This document shows positions 27,091-39,301 of a stretch of 64,000 nucleotides of DNA, one piece after another. Within the stretch, counting starts at the first letter, position 1. Each line of letters starts with the position of its first letter. The stretch is taken from the NCBI GenBank assembly GCA_964016885.1, contig OZ024754.1, forward strand, positions 1,054,001 through 1,118,000. Direction: 5' to 3'. A program made the translations under genes and the position numbers. This DNA is from Eledone cirrhosa. Taxonomy: Eukaryota. Under the pieces are notes generated by a model. It made no database searches, was not told the origin of the DNA, and saw nothing but the letters and a program-made list of their open reading frames with translations.

Positions 27091-27143
27091 GAGATTCCTG
27101 ATGATTTCTAAAGAATGAAACAGTTCTAGTCCTGTAGAATCTC
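27091..27143 (+). ncRNA. Type-I hammerhead making up most of a 73-bp insert between (TA)n tracts
   Basis: gagattc CTGATGA t ttc taaa gaa t GAAA cag ttctagtc ctg TA gaatctc. Confidence 0.8.
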
Positions 27144-27162
27144 ATATATATATATATATATG

Positions 27163-27360
<198 letters not shown>

Positions 27361-28328
27361 TTTAGCTATACTTTATATAAAATTTCTAACTTGTTTTCTT
27401 CGTTTCAAAACTATTGCGTTCGAAAATTATATATATATATATGGCTTCCACAGGAATAGGACTGTTTCATTCGAAGGATTCGAAGAAAGAAGAGATAGAT
27501 GATATCATATATAAAATATGCTTGCTATATCCTAATTCTAGGAAAAAGCTGAAACAGAAAATAATCATGTGTGAATGCTATTTGACACAGCGACTGATAA
27601 GGAATAGAAATTTGAGCGCATGTTATTGCAATATTTTGATAAAGAATTACACTGTTTATATCTCACGTCAAATGTTTGACACGAAGTTATTAAAATTTCT
27701 CTTTGATCGATCAATATTGAGAGCCAATAATATGAAGCTTGAATTTTCTGTAAAAAAAAAAGTATAACCTGAATATAATAAATTATTTTATTGTGAAATA
27801 TTCTACTCTAATCAATAAAGTTACACTTTGATTCTGATACTGAATATATTATATATTTGCTGAACACTTCTGTATTATATTCTTTTACCATTTTCCCAAT
27901 CTTTCCTCATTTTGTTCCATTATCATCCTCTGTGTGTTTATTGTTCTCGTGTAGTCATTTAAATGGGATTTTATCCAACAGTCAATTGTTAATAATGTAT
28001 AAACGCCTTGGTTAATTGATTAGAAAATATTACATCGCATCAAGAATCGAAAACAAAATGGAGTTATGTTTGTTGTTGGATTATATAATTACTCACAAAT
28101 ATTGGGTTGTTTTTCCGAGATCACCATAAGATGTTAGTTGAAATAAGTGTTACTTCAAATGCTAAATGATATTTCATCTGGATAATTAATATTTCTTTTA
28201 AAATAGCAAAGGAGTTGGAGTGTCTTGACGATGCTACTGCTTAATCTGAAAGGCTATATATATATGTTTATATATCAAATAAGAGTAGCTAAAACGCGAT
28301 TATTTCACCACAATTCTGCAACTATATA

Positions 28329-28391
<63 letters not shown>

Positions 28392-28431
28392 GATATTAAT
28401 AAATGGAAACTATATTTATAAAACCATATTT

Positions 28432-28494
28432 ATTTCATTATACATATTTCAGGGATACCAAATTAAATTATGGTATGCCTTCATCAGACAAAAT
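28432..28494 (-). ncRNA. Minimal type-I hammerhead
   Basis: Inverted copy of 28653-28715. Confidence 0.8.
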
Positions 28495-28652
28495 ACAATA
28501 TATAACAGTTTTACAAATAAGCTTCGACGTACCCTTTTAAAATGCAACCATTATTTTTGGAAGCCATCTGACTATCCAGATGGCTTCCAAAAATAATGGT
28601 TGCATTTTAAAAGGGTACGCCAAAGCTTATTTGTAAAACTGTTATATATTGT

Positions 28653-28715
28653 ATTTTGTCTGATGAAGGCATACCATAATTTAATTTGGTATCCCTGAAA
28701 TATGTATAATGAAAT
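28653..28715 (+). ncRNA. Minimal type-I hammerhead, canonical core
   Basis: attttgt CTGATGA aggcatacca...tggtatccct GAAA tatgta TA atgaaat. Confidence 0.85.
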
Positions 28716-28843
28716 AAATATGGTTTTATAAATATAGTTTCCATTTATTAATATCGTATATCTACTCCAAATACTTGTCGAGTGCTTTATATCAGTTATA
28801 AAATATTTACTTGTTGTATCCCAACAATTTTAAATAGAACTTT

Positions 28844-28922
<79 letters not shown>

Positions 28923-28972
28923 CAAGAAAGAAGAGTAACATGGTTGGCTGTACAATAAGGGTTTTGTTCACA

Positions 28973-29083
28973 GTGCTGACAATTGTTTCGTTGATCTGGT
29001 AGGTCTAGAGCTCGCTAATCGCTTGATGTTGCGTCAATCGATCTCCAATACTTTGTTTACAACCAGTCAATACATCAGAGCGC
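28973..29083 (-). ncRNA. Degenerate hammerhead with long helix II
   Basis: Minus strand: gcgct CTGATGT attgactggt...accagatcaac GAAA caattg TC agcac. Confidence 0.6.
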
Positions 29084-29350
29084 GTGTATATGAAGATATT
29101 AAGCAAGGCATGGCTTTTATAGAAGAGTGGTGTTAGACCATAACAATAACATTAGTAACAAAATATCTAGATGGTGAATAATTAAAACAATAACATCAAT
29201 ACAAGTAAGAAATAGAATCTAATGATAAAACAAGCATGGTAAACAAACAGAGATGATACAAATGTATGAAATGACATGCGAAATCTGCCATAGGGTACAT
29301 TATATATATATCACTCTTTCTCTCTCTTTCTCACACAGACAAAATCTCTG

Positions 29351-29497
<147 letters not shown>

Positions 29498-29995
29498 TCT
29501 CTCTCACGCGCTCTCTTTCTCCATCCCAAGCTCAAACCCTACCTTATTCGACTTTGTGTACGCCACCCTTTTTTACAGTGTGGTTTAAACGATAAATCAA
29601 CAAAACAAACAAAACAAACAAAAAGCAAAATGGAAAACTTGCCACAGGAAGAATATCTAATCTATATAAGAAATACCCCAAATGAAGTGTAGATCGAACA
29701 TCAAAGAAACTGTAAATCTTATAATGTAAAGAAATCGATAGAAACAATCAAACTACTTCTTTTTAACAAAAGAAGATATAACGAATCATGTTTTACTTCT
29801 AAGCCGTTCACATTGAATGAAATACAATTGGACTATATCAATTCATTTGGATCACTTGCATAGGATTAATTGTAAAACAACATTCTCAGTCAGAAGCTTA
29901 AGCTATGAAAACAGTGTAATTATTGTATCGGCAGATTAGCATATATATAGTGACGAAAACATAAGTCAATTGCATGAACTCATAATCCTTTATTT

Positions 29996-30051
29996 ACTGC
30001 TATATATATTTCGATGATAGCCATTGAATGGCTATGACCGCATCAGGCAGT
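29996..30051 (-). ncRNA. Hammerhead (14123 family), A9 mutated
   Basis: Minus strand: actgc CTGATGC ggtcatagccat..atggctatcatc GAAA tatata TA gcagt. Confidence 0.65.
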
Positions 30052-30119
30052 TAGTCAGTTCTTAGATATGCCAGCTTTGTGTTTATAGTGTTGATGGTAT
30101 CAGAGCCTCGAGACATATA

Positions 30120-30218
<99 letters not shown>

Positions 30219-30619
30219 AAAGGTGAAATTGGAAATAGCACGGAGAATATATTTAAGGGTTTGTTTTTCTATTTTTTTCCTTTCTTTGATCCGTCAAAGT
30301 GACATTATTGAAAAAATGGGAGGGACAATTCATTTTAAAAAGAGTTTTATAATTTATAGAAAGTATATAAAGTATTACCGGTTTCGATGTATTAGTAAAA
30401 TTCATCTTATCAAATGTTGAGTATTACAATTAAAAAGAATTATAAGAATTAAAAATTAAAAATTAAAGATTTAAAATTAAGAGGTAAGTTTTTTTTCATC
30501 TTCCTTGTTGAGAAGGAGACTGAAAAATGTGTATATAGAGAGAGGTGTAGTCATGGTAGCAGCAGCAGCAGTGGTGGTAGTTGTATTTTTTCACACAACA
30601 AAATTATATATAAATATAC

Positions 30620-30814
<195 letters not shown>

Positions 30815-30949
30815 AATATATGTTGGTTGTTTACCGACATCTCAGTATGCAGATTGGAGCAATCGACCAAGTACGCAGGTTGGTTTGTTCACACCGGAGT
30901 AATGTAAAATCAGTAAGTCAAACATGTAAAATTTGCCTTAGTTTAATAT

Positions 30950-31002
30950 CTGCTATATATATTTCGGTGACAGCTATTATTGGCTGTGATCTCTTCAGGC
31001 GG
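30950..31002 (-). ncRNA. Minimal type-I hammerhead
   Basis: Minus strand: ccgc CTGAAGA gatcacagc..gctgtcacc GAAA tatata TA gcag. Confidence 0.75.
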
Positions 31003-31154
31003 TCCGAATTAGTGTGGAAAAGACACGTTGAACCATATGATTCCAGTTCCTCGGAGGACTAACAATACACCCAGGAGCTGGACATATCGATGTATTGACA
31101 GAGTGGAACACACTTCAACAACATTTTTACCTGTCGTTTCCACACCAATTCGGA

Positions 31155-31207
31155 CTGCCTGAAGAGGTCACAGCCAATAACAGCTGTCACCGAAATATAT
31201 ATAGCAG
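31155..31207 (+). ncRNA. Minimal type-I hammerhead
   Basis: ctgc CTGAAGA ggtcacagc caataaca gctgtcacc GAAA tatata TA gcag. Confidence 0.85.
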
Positions 31208-31261
31208 ATAATAAACGAAGGCAAATTTTAAATGTTTGTCTCACTTATTTTATATATATAC

Positions 31262-31318
<57 letters not shown>

Positions 31319-31321
<3 letters not shown>

Positions 31322-31470
31322 GTAGAACATTGGAAGGTAATATCGGTAGTGGTAGAGCACTCAGTCCATGGGACGAGTTAGGTAGAAGTGGTTACACAAC
31401 AGTTAGTTCACCATACCGAGAACAAATTTGTTCTCGGTATGGTGAACTAACTGTTGTGTAATCACTTCTA
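31319..31470 (-). mobile_element. Mini fold-back PLE 3' end; related copy at 56463-56598
   Basis: Palindrome 31383-31470 centred on acaaatttgt; actc...gagt hairpin at 31359-31378. Confidence 0.7.
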
Positions 31471-34228
31471 TATATATATATATAAATAATATAGATACGA
31501 ACTTCAGATTACAGCAGGATTTTAAAATATTCGATGCAGAGTAATGATATTATAGTAATGATATTATCCATAAACTTGGCTAAAGAAATGCCGCGGGGAA
31601 AAATGTTTTCTATTTACTGATATCAAACCTAGAATTATTTAGATCAAGACAAAGAGAACTCTGCTAAAGATAGATAACTATCTATCAAAACATAATAAAC
31701 AAATACACGTTATATGGATTCTAGGTTATACAGATAGTAGATGAGCAGAGAACACAGGGGAATAATAGCTATAGATTACATTCCAAATCTATCGCATATC
31801 AAATCAATAAGCAAAAAGCGTAGTTAGTCGAGGGAGGGAAAACTTTGGGGGAGAATTCAGAGATAAGCTCTCAATTTGAAACCCTCATTTTCTAAGCCAG
31901 GTTTTGCAAGTTTTGAAACGTATCAGACACTGAATAATGTTAATAAATAAAGTCTCTGTTAGCCTCAAATAGGTCATAAACTTTTAAACTATATTTTATC
32001 AAGGACAAGTCTTACAGAATTATCTCTAGGTTCTGATAGAGACTATCCAAAGAGTCTAAAATATTATTCGTTCCAACATAAAAGCTGCCAGTCTGCTGCC
32101 TCTAACCTTGCCGCCTCGGCCTTAAACCCTGACTCAGTTGCCTGCAACGTGAAGGAGAGGAAGATAGTCAAATACCGGGGCCTCTTTGCACGGGTCTCTG
32201 TCGAGATTTCTGGCGTCCTTGCTCTATGCACTGCTGATTTCCTCCATAGACATGTGTACCCTTAACGTAATTCTCTAAAAGATTCAGTGAGACACAGTGA
32301 GTGATAAGGATAGCATTTTTATCGGCTGAATGGATTGGAGCAATGTAAAATAAAGTGTCTTGCTCAAAGGCATAATGTAGTGCCGAGAATAGAACTCACG
32401 ATTATCAGCCGAACTCACTAACCACTAAGCCACATAAACCCAGTACACAGAAATAGTTGTGTAGAGTTTAGTGTTACATATTTTGGGAGAGGGGTATTGT
32501 TAATGAAATCTAAACCTACTACTTAATTGATACTTTGTTTCATCAACCTCGTATGGATAAACAGTAAAACAGTCCGTGACAGTGACTGAACACAATGATA
32601 CATGTCTAATCCTTACAATGTATTTTGTCAGACACTTTACCGTCCTAGGTGCAGAGCCTGTCAGCCTTTCCTTTTCCCTCCTCTTTCTTCCGTGGCCTAA
32701 TAGTCCTTACACTTTCCATCCTTTCCTCTCATTTTAGACGTTTATAGTCTTTTCCTCTACTTTCCCATACAGTCAGATATGTCCTTCTTTACCCTTCCCT
32801 TCTTACACAATTTTGTTTTTATCTCTTTTTCTTAATATATCTCTAACATTGTATAACTTTTGTTTGTAACGTATATTTGATATTACAGATATTTTGATTA
32901 ACAGATAAATGAGGTAAACTTTTGTAAGGATTCTTTACCAATCATGCCATATAAATAAAGCATGAGGGAATCTACACATAGTCGACATGAAGGTAAGGGT
33001 AGTGATGCAGCAGATACATGTAATAGTATAAAAAAGACTTATTGATATTCAGAACACCTCTGAGGACACCAAGCAAATATTATTTGTTATTTTAATACAA
33101 TATTTTAATCTAACTTCTGAAAGCCACTCCAAAGCTAGTCGCCTTGATGGTGACTGTTAGCTGCCGATAGTTAACCTAGGCGAATCAAATAATCTAAATT
33201 AATCACAACTCTGTCAATATGCAATTAGTTGATGGCGAATCTGCCAAGTAGAATATACGTGTAATGAATATACGCCATCACGCTATATTCACCAATAAAT
33301 GGCTTCGAAATTCGTATGTTTTCAAATGGATTAAAAGGATTTGAAGAGCTGCACATTGGGCAAATTGATCGTCTCTTCTTTACAACGAACTGTATACGAG
33401 AAAATAACTATGATAGAAAACTGTCCACTTGTTTCTTTGTCAAAAAGACAATCAACCATTTGAATAGTTACACCATGGGAAAAAAACAGAATCTTTTCGG
33501 CTGGCTAAGTCAGGAAAATAGCCTAAAACACGTATAACAGATAATTTGAGAAACGTTGATCATTTACTGTTTTAAGAGGATGTTTAGAGCCCCTTAGGAA
33601 AGAATGTAGAAGATATGATGCATATATGCGAATAAAAATATTACAAACAAATGAAAATGAGATTGTGAAAGTAATCGAAAAACGATAACCAAGTAAGAAA
33701 ACAGAATAAGGAAGAACGCTGAATTCGATAAACCACTACACATCATAACAATAACAACACAAACTGTATCGACAAAGAAAGCCGGCTATGGATAGTCATT
33801 TATGAATTTAGCTTTTACACTTCAGTACTCGATTCTCTACTAGAGAATACAATTTCCATGTCAATATACAAAGGGGAATCCATGTACTTTCCTCCTTGTA
33901 GGCTAGGGTTTTAAATATAGGTAGCTAAAATTATGCATGGAGATGTAACTATTTACGGAACGCCATGAGCCATAAAAGTTTGGGAGACTGAACACTTCTG
34001 ATAGTTTAGAGTAAAGTTTTTTTTGTTTTTTTTTATAGAAAAGACAGATTTATATTTTGTGAAGTTTGTGATTTGTTTGAGAAATAAGTAATAAGCCAAT
34101 TTCAATATAGCAAGGAAATCGTTACGACATCAACCGGTATGTGGAAGATATGGGGTTCAATCCCTCATAGCGGTCGTTGGCAACTTCCTTTTCTGCCATT
34201 TAAGGTTCTTCCTCCGCTTGAGAACTTT

Positions 34229-34303
<75 letters not shown>

Positions 34304-34308
<5 letters not shown>

Positions 34309-35533
34309 ATTAAAATACTGGAGCGTGTTGGAGTTAAACACCTTCTTCGTATTATAGAAATGACAGTAAAAGGTATAGCTCAATGTAATTAAACAGAGCC
34401 GAAGAATTATGAAAATAAAACAAAGAAGCCTTCAATATATCAAAAGTCTTTATTAGCCAACAATGTTTCGTCCTATTAAGGACTCATCAGGGCAATCAAA
34501 ACTACAAGAAGTACTATCGGCCAATACAAGCCGAAAACTCCGAAGAATATGGAGTGTATATACACTAAAGTATTGGAAGATTATGGGTAAAAATATATAA
34601 TAAAAATCACTAAGGAGGTGGATAACATTTTGAACCATATTACAAATATAGTCCAAAGCAAAAACCTAGAGCTAAACAAAGGTGGTTATATAGAGCGGGA
34701 ATTATGGTACTATATGTAATACAATATAATATAATATACTTGTAACAATATTAAAATTAAAATTAAAATTAAAAGGCACAATATACATATGTATATATAT
34801 ACACACACGTACGCACATATACATATACATCAATACACATTTCCATCATTAACAGCACAAATTAAACCTTATTAAGAGTTTAAATTTAAATAAGCATAAT
34901 AGGAATAAAAATAAAAATAATACGTATATCTAATATACAGTATAACATGAAGTAATGAAATGATTAAAAGTAACACATATAATATATAATAAACTATATA
35001 ATTATATAATATAATATAATAGATAATCTCCGGTTAATTTACACAAACAATATAGATGTCACAATAACACTATAATAATAATATAATAATATATAATATA
35101 TAATGGCATGTAAGTTAACAAATCAATTCATATAGAGTTACAGAGCAGGTGAGAAAAAATATATATATATATTGTACAATACCAAAATTATGATGGTACA
35201 AAAATATAAACATCTTACAGGATATATAAAATTTAACATATCATAATGGTACATAAAATCATCGGTAAGTAATAAGGATCAATAGTACATTTACAAAGAG
35301 TTGAATAACAACTTCAATATAAAATAATGAACATAATATAATATATAATTACTTATAATTACAAGGTTGGTAAACAGACACATATGTGGATGAGTGAATA
35401 AGGGCCAGACAGAAAATACTATGCATAGTATTTTCTGTCTGGCCCTTATTCACTCATCTACATATGTGTCTGTTTACCAACCTTGTAATTATAAGTAATT
35501 ATATATTATATTATGTTCATTATTTTATATTGA
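34304..35533 (-). mobile_element. PLE 3' remnant with a terminal palindrome
   Basis: (TA)n, gctc...gagc hairpin 34378-34399, hammerhead 34456-34493, AT-rich UTR, about 110-bp-arm palindrome centred on atgcat at 35421-35426. Confidence 0.7.
34456..34493 (-). ncRNA. Textbook minimal hammerhead
   Basis: Minus strand: gcc CTGATGA gtcc ttaata ggac GAAA c att g TT ggc. Confidence 0.9.
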
Positions 35534-35734
35534 TCACTATACACCATATAACTCATTGTTTACATATATATGTGAGAGAATATGCTACGAAATCATTAGA
35601 CGTGTCCGTCGAACCAGCGGGTCCCAAATCAGACAGATCCACACAATGATCGCGTCTCGAGCTGTCCGCCGGCCAAACAATTGTAACACACAATAAATTG
35701 AGTTCAGATGCATCACTGATTTTTCGTTTTCTAT

Positions 35735-35779
<45 letters not shown>

Positions 35780-35806
35780 ATATATATAAATAAAGAAATC
35801 TATCTA

Positions 35807-35852
<46 letters not shown>

Positions 35853-35853
35853 G

Positions 35854-35896
<43 letters not shown>

Positions 35897-36086
35897 GTGC
35901 AAATTTAGACGGGAACAAAACAGAGAGGCAGACAAATATATATATATATATATATATGAATGTATGTATAGTATATTTGGTAATATACAGTATGTTTAAT
36001 TAAAAACATTTTGAAGACCTTGCGTTATTATTTTAAAGTACTGACTATGTCACTTACTTCTTTTTTCAGCAAAGGAAGGGAGAGAA

Positions 36087-36125
36087 GCTGACAGATTGTT
36101 TCACACTGTTGGTGTTCCTCAGAGC
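36087..36125 (-). ncRNA. Minimal type-I hammerhead
   Basis: Minus strand: gct CTGAGGA acac caaca gtgt GAAA ca atc tg TC agc. Confidence 0.8.
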
Positions 36126-36430
36126 AACGTACTCGCTGACTTCTGCCAAAAGTTATAGAGGCTGGATTCTTATAGAATTCCAGTAATAATCAGGAACTGA
36201 TTATATATATATACATATATACATATATTCATACATAATACATATATATATATATTTTGTCATTATACCGTAGATAGAACTCAATGTAATCCGATGGCGA
36301 GTAACCCAGGGAAATACATAGAGAAGTTCTGTGTTCTGCTGAGTTAATTCCTTAGATACAGAGTCAGATATTAGGTATTAAATTAACAATGGAAATAACA
36401 ACAAAGTCAAGTTATTTTACCTATTCATAT

Positions 36431-36557
36431 CATTGTTTTACGATAGTTTCGGAGGGTTGATCATATTGACATATTGTCTGATCTATAGCAGTTATATAAC
36501 TGTATACTATCAGACACATATATAGGTTCAATCAGGCTGTCTTCTTCGGAAACAATG
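36431..36557 (-). ncRNA. Hammerhead motif, U4C core, long helix II (similar to 10702)
   Basis: Minus strand: cattgttt CCGAAGA ...tgtctgat/atcagaca... cc GAAA c tatc g TA aaacaatg; proximal helix II decayed. Confidence 0.6.
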
Positions 36558-36841
36558 AAGTTAGAATCTTTACTGGTAGTATATAAACAGGGCAGATGTA
36601 AGAATAGATATACCATATAAATACATGTTTCAGATTGCCTCCTTAGATTGATACTGGCCGTGGGAGGAGAATTTTATGCACAAATGTCATTTAAGGTCGT
36701 TAAGTGGGTGAACCAGTGCAAAGACAATGAATAAGAATATATGTATGTATTGAAGAAGAAGAAGAAGAAGAAGTAGAAGAAGAAGAAGAAGAAGAAGAAG
36801 AAGAAGAAGAAGAAGAAGAGAAGAAGAAGAAGAAGAAGAAG

Positions 36842-36872
<31 letters not shown>

Positions 36873-36924
36873 TCTATATACCTGCGGCGGGTGATTTATA
36901 GGTGTATCCTCAGCCATCTTGCAT

Positions 36925-37085
36925 TTATAGAGATTCATAGCACTTAGCAGATGTAGAATATGAAAGTTTAACGGTAAAGCAGTTAAGGATTTGGTGATAT
37001 TTATGGTTAAGTGGGAAGTGTTTTTCTAGGCTTGCAAAACATTCTTTAGGTATTTGTCCCTTGGTCTGTATGTTGTATGGTGCAA
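36925..37085 (-). pseudogene. PLE RT-to-endonuclease linker fragment
   Basis: PYNIQTKGQI..CF.SLEKHFPLNHKYHQILNCFTVKLSYS matches the KHFP.NH..H.I.N..TVKLSYS motif of PLE ORFs. Confidence 0.75.
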
Positions 37086-37089
37086 CTGA

Positions 37090-37530
37090 AATGGAAAGAC
37101 ACATCCAACACTTCATCAATCGCATGCAGTTCTCTGGCTACAACCAAAGAGACAGAATCAGAGTGTGCAAAGAAGCCATGGAGAAATATAAGACCCTCAT
37201 AGAAATGGACATGAAAGGAATTTGCCCATTATACAGGAGAAAATCATGGAATAGCTTAGATAGGACTAAACATAAGATACGGAAAACCATTTCATGGTAC
37301 GACAACCAGAAATACCAGTGTGTCATGTTCGTTGATGCAACCCCTGCAAATTAGAAAGACACATCTAAAGTTTAAAGTGGTAGAAAAGCCAGGAACTACC
37401 ATAAAATCCCTGATCAGCAAAACCCACTGTACTAATAAGAAATGTGTTATATGTAGAATAAATCCTGAAATAAATTGTAAAACTAGAAATGTAGTCTGTA
37501 GCATAAGCTGTACAGAAGGTACTTGCAGGT
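37090..37530 (+). pseudogene. Fragment of a second PLE lineage (thumb, Cys-rich linker, start of GIY-YIG)
   Basis: FINRMQFSGY..R...G.CPLYR..SW...VMFVDATP, then KVVEKPG...CTNKKCVIC...CKTRNVVCSISC..GTC. Confidence 0.7.
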
Positions 37531-37589
37531 GATCACTTGATGTCAGTAGCGACGTGTAGAGCTAGACAGAGTGTAATATAATAATATAA

Positions 37590-37862
37590 GAACGATTTGT
37601 TAAGCCTTCATTACGTTTATTGCTTGGTGACGCGCGTTTCGCTATTGATCAGCTCAAGGTTCGATCTGCATCGATCTGGCCCGACTCTGATCAATAGCGT
37701 GTGTGTTTTCGTCGGACCTCTGTTGTAGTAATGACAAAATATTCTGTAATTACTACAACAGAGGTCCGACAAGCTTTCGATTCCAGAGTCGGGCCAGTTC
37801 GAACCTTGAGCTGATCAATAGCAAAACGCGTGTCACCAAGTAATGAAGGCTTAATAAATCGT
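37590..37862. repeat. Nested inverted repeats with hammerhead 3' halves
   Basis: 37625-37663 inverted against 37798-37840; inner palindrome 37711-37770; minus strand gc GAAA cgcgcg TC acc. Confidence 0.7.
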
Positions 37863-37874
37863 CATTGTATTATA

Positions 37875-37972
<98 letters not shown>

Positions 37973-37978
37973 AATATA

Positions 37979-38950
37979 TCTATATATATATAAAACGGAA
38001 GATGTCTGTCTGTGTGTGTGTATGATTTTTATGCATTTCCACATTTCTCTACCGGTTTTGATGATTTGTTTTCCAATGTGCTTCGAATTTACCAACGATG
38101 GTTAACGCGTAATAAACTTTGCCAAAAATGTCCTGCTTCTATGAAAAAAATCGATAAAACTAAATACATGCTGTAACCCTCTCTCTTACACGCTTAATCC
38201 CTCCCTCTACTCCCCTCTCAATCTCCTCTGCAACTCTCTTTAAAAGTGTAATGCCTCCCTCTACTACACTATCACCAGGAACGCGACATAAACTTTGAAA
38301 ACTAAGAAACATCAATTTATACAACAAACATAGCTTTACTCTCTCCGTCGCTCTTCCCTCTCTCTATAATAGATTATTCCCCCCTCTCTATAATTTAACT
38401 GCTTTACTCTTTTCATGCTTTGAGGTTTAACACACCTCCCTTTACTCTCTCCGTCGCTCTTCCTTCTCTCTATAATAGATTATTTTCCCCTCTCTATAAT
38501 TTAACTACTGGGGGAGTCATTGGAGTTCCGTATTGACATACGGCTTCACGAAAAATAGTAAGTTAATGCATGTAGCATCAAAAGGCTAGCTGAAAATGTG
38601 GTGAAGAAAATACGATAATCGATCAATGGTTAATATTATTTTGATTTTTTTTCAGGCAAGTTTGAGAAAAAAATCCAGGATATATTTCGGTCTAATTCTG
38701 ATCTCATCAATGTATGATTTTATAAACAGTTGTAATAACATGATCTAACAAATTTCCGTTATTGAGTTGTTGAACCATTGAATTAAATAAATTAGGTTTT
38801 GTCAATGAGGATAGAATAATATGGATACATGTCCAAATTTGCGTGGAAACAATGACAAATATCTCAACTATCAGTGAGTATATTTTTCACCGAATAGCAA
38901 TATGTTTTTCCAGGCAACAGTTTAGTTTCCCACGAGTAAATATTCTAATA
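37979..38950 (+). mobile_element. Non-autonomous Helitron-like element with internal direct repeat
   Basis: 5' TCtatatatataaaac..gatgtct shared with 54363; about 65-bp direct repeat at 38333-38400 and 38440-38506; decayed 3' end. Confidence 0.55.
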
Positions 38951-38965
38951 TACATATACCTACGT

Positions 38966-39301
38966 GGAGGCACATGGCTTAGTGGTTAGAGCATTGGCCT
39001 TGCAATCGAAAGGTTGTGAGTTCAATTCTCAGACCGGGTGATGTGTTGTTTCCTTGAGCAAGACACTTTATTTCACATTGCTCCAGTTTACTCAGCTGTA
39101 GAAATGAGATGATAGGGACTGGAGTCCATATCATTCCACTGCAAAGTGGTCGTGGAAGTGCCACGGCAAAAAAGCACCCAGCACTCACTGTAAATGAGGT
39201 TGGTGTTAGGAAGGGCATCCAGCTGTAGAAATCAAGCCAGAATCAGTTCACGTCCCACCCTTGCAAGCAGGGAAAAGCGGATGTAAAATGATGATGATGA
39301 T
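38966..39301 (+). mobile_element. tRNA-derived SINE, second family (CORE-like central domain), (ATG)n tail
   Basis: tggcttagtggtta A-box, gagttcaattct B-box, ccttgagcaagacactt domain. Confidence 0.8.

Larger units (their letters stand above)
28389..28846 (+). mobile_element. PLE-type fold-back element in (TA)n
   Basis: About 28389-28566 inverted against 28582-28760; tail with actc...gagt hairpin; related copy at 56705-57090. Confidence 0.85.
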
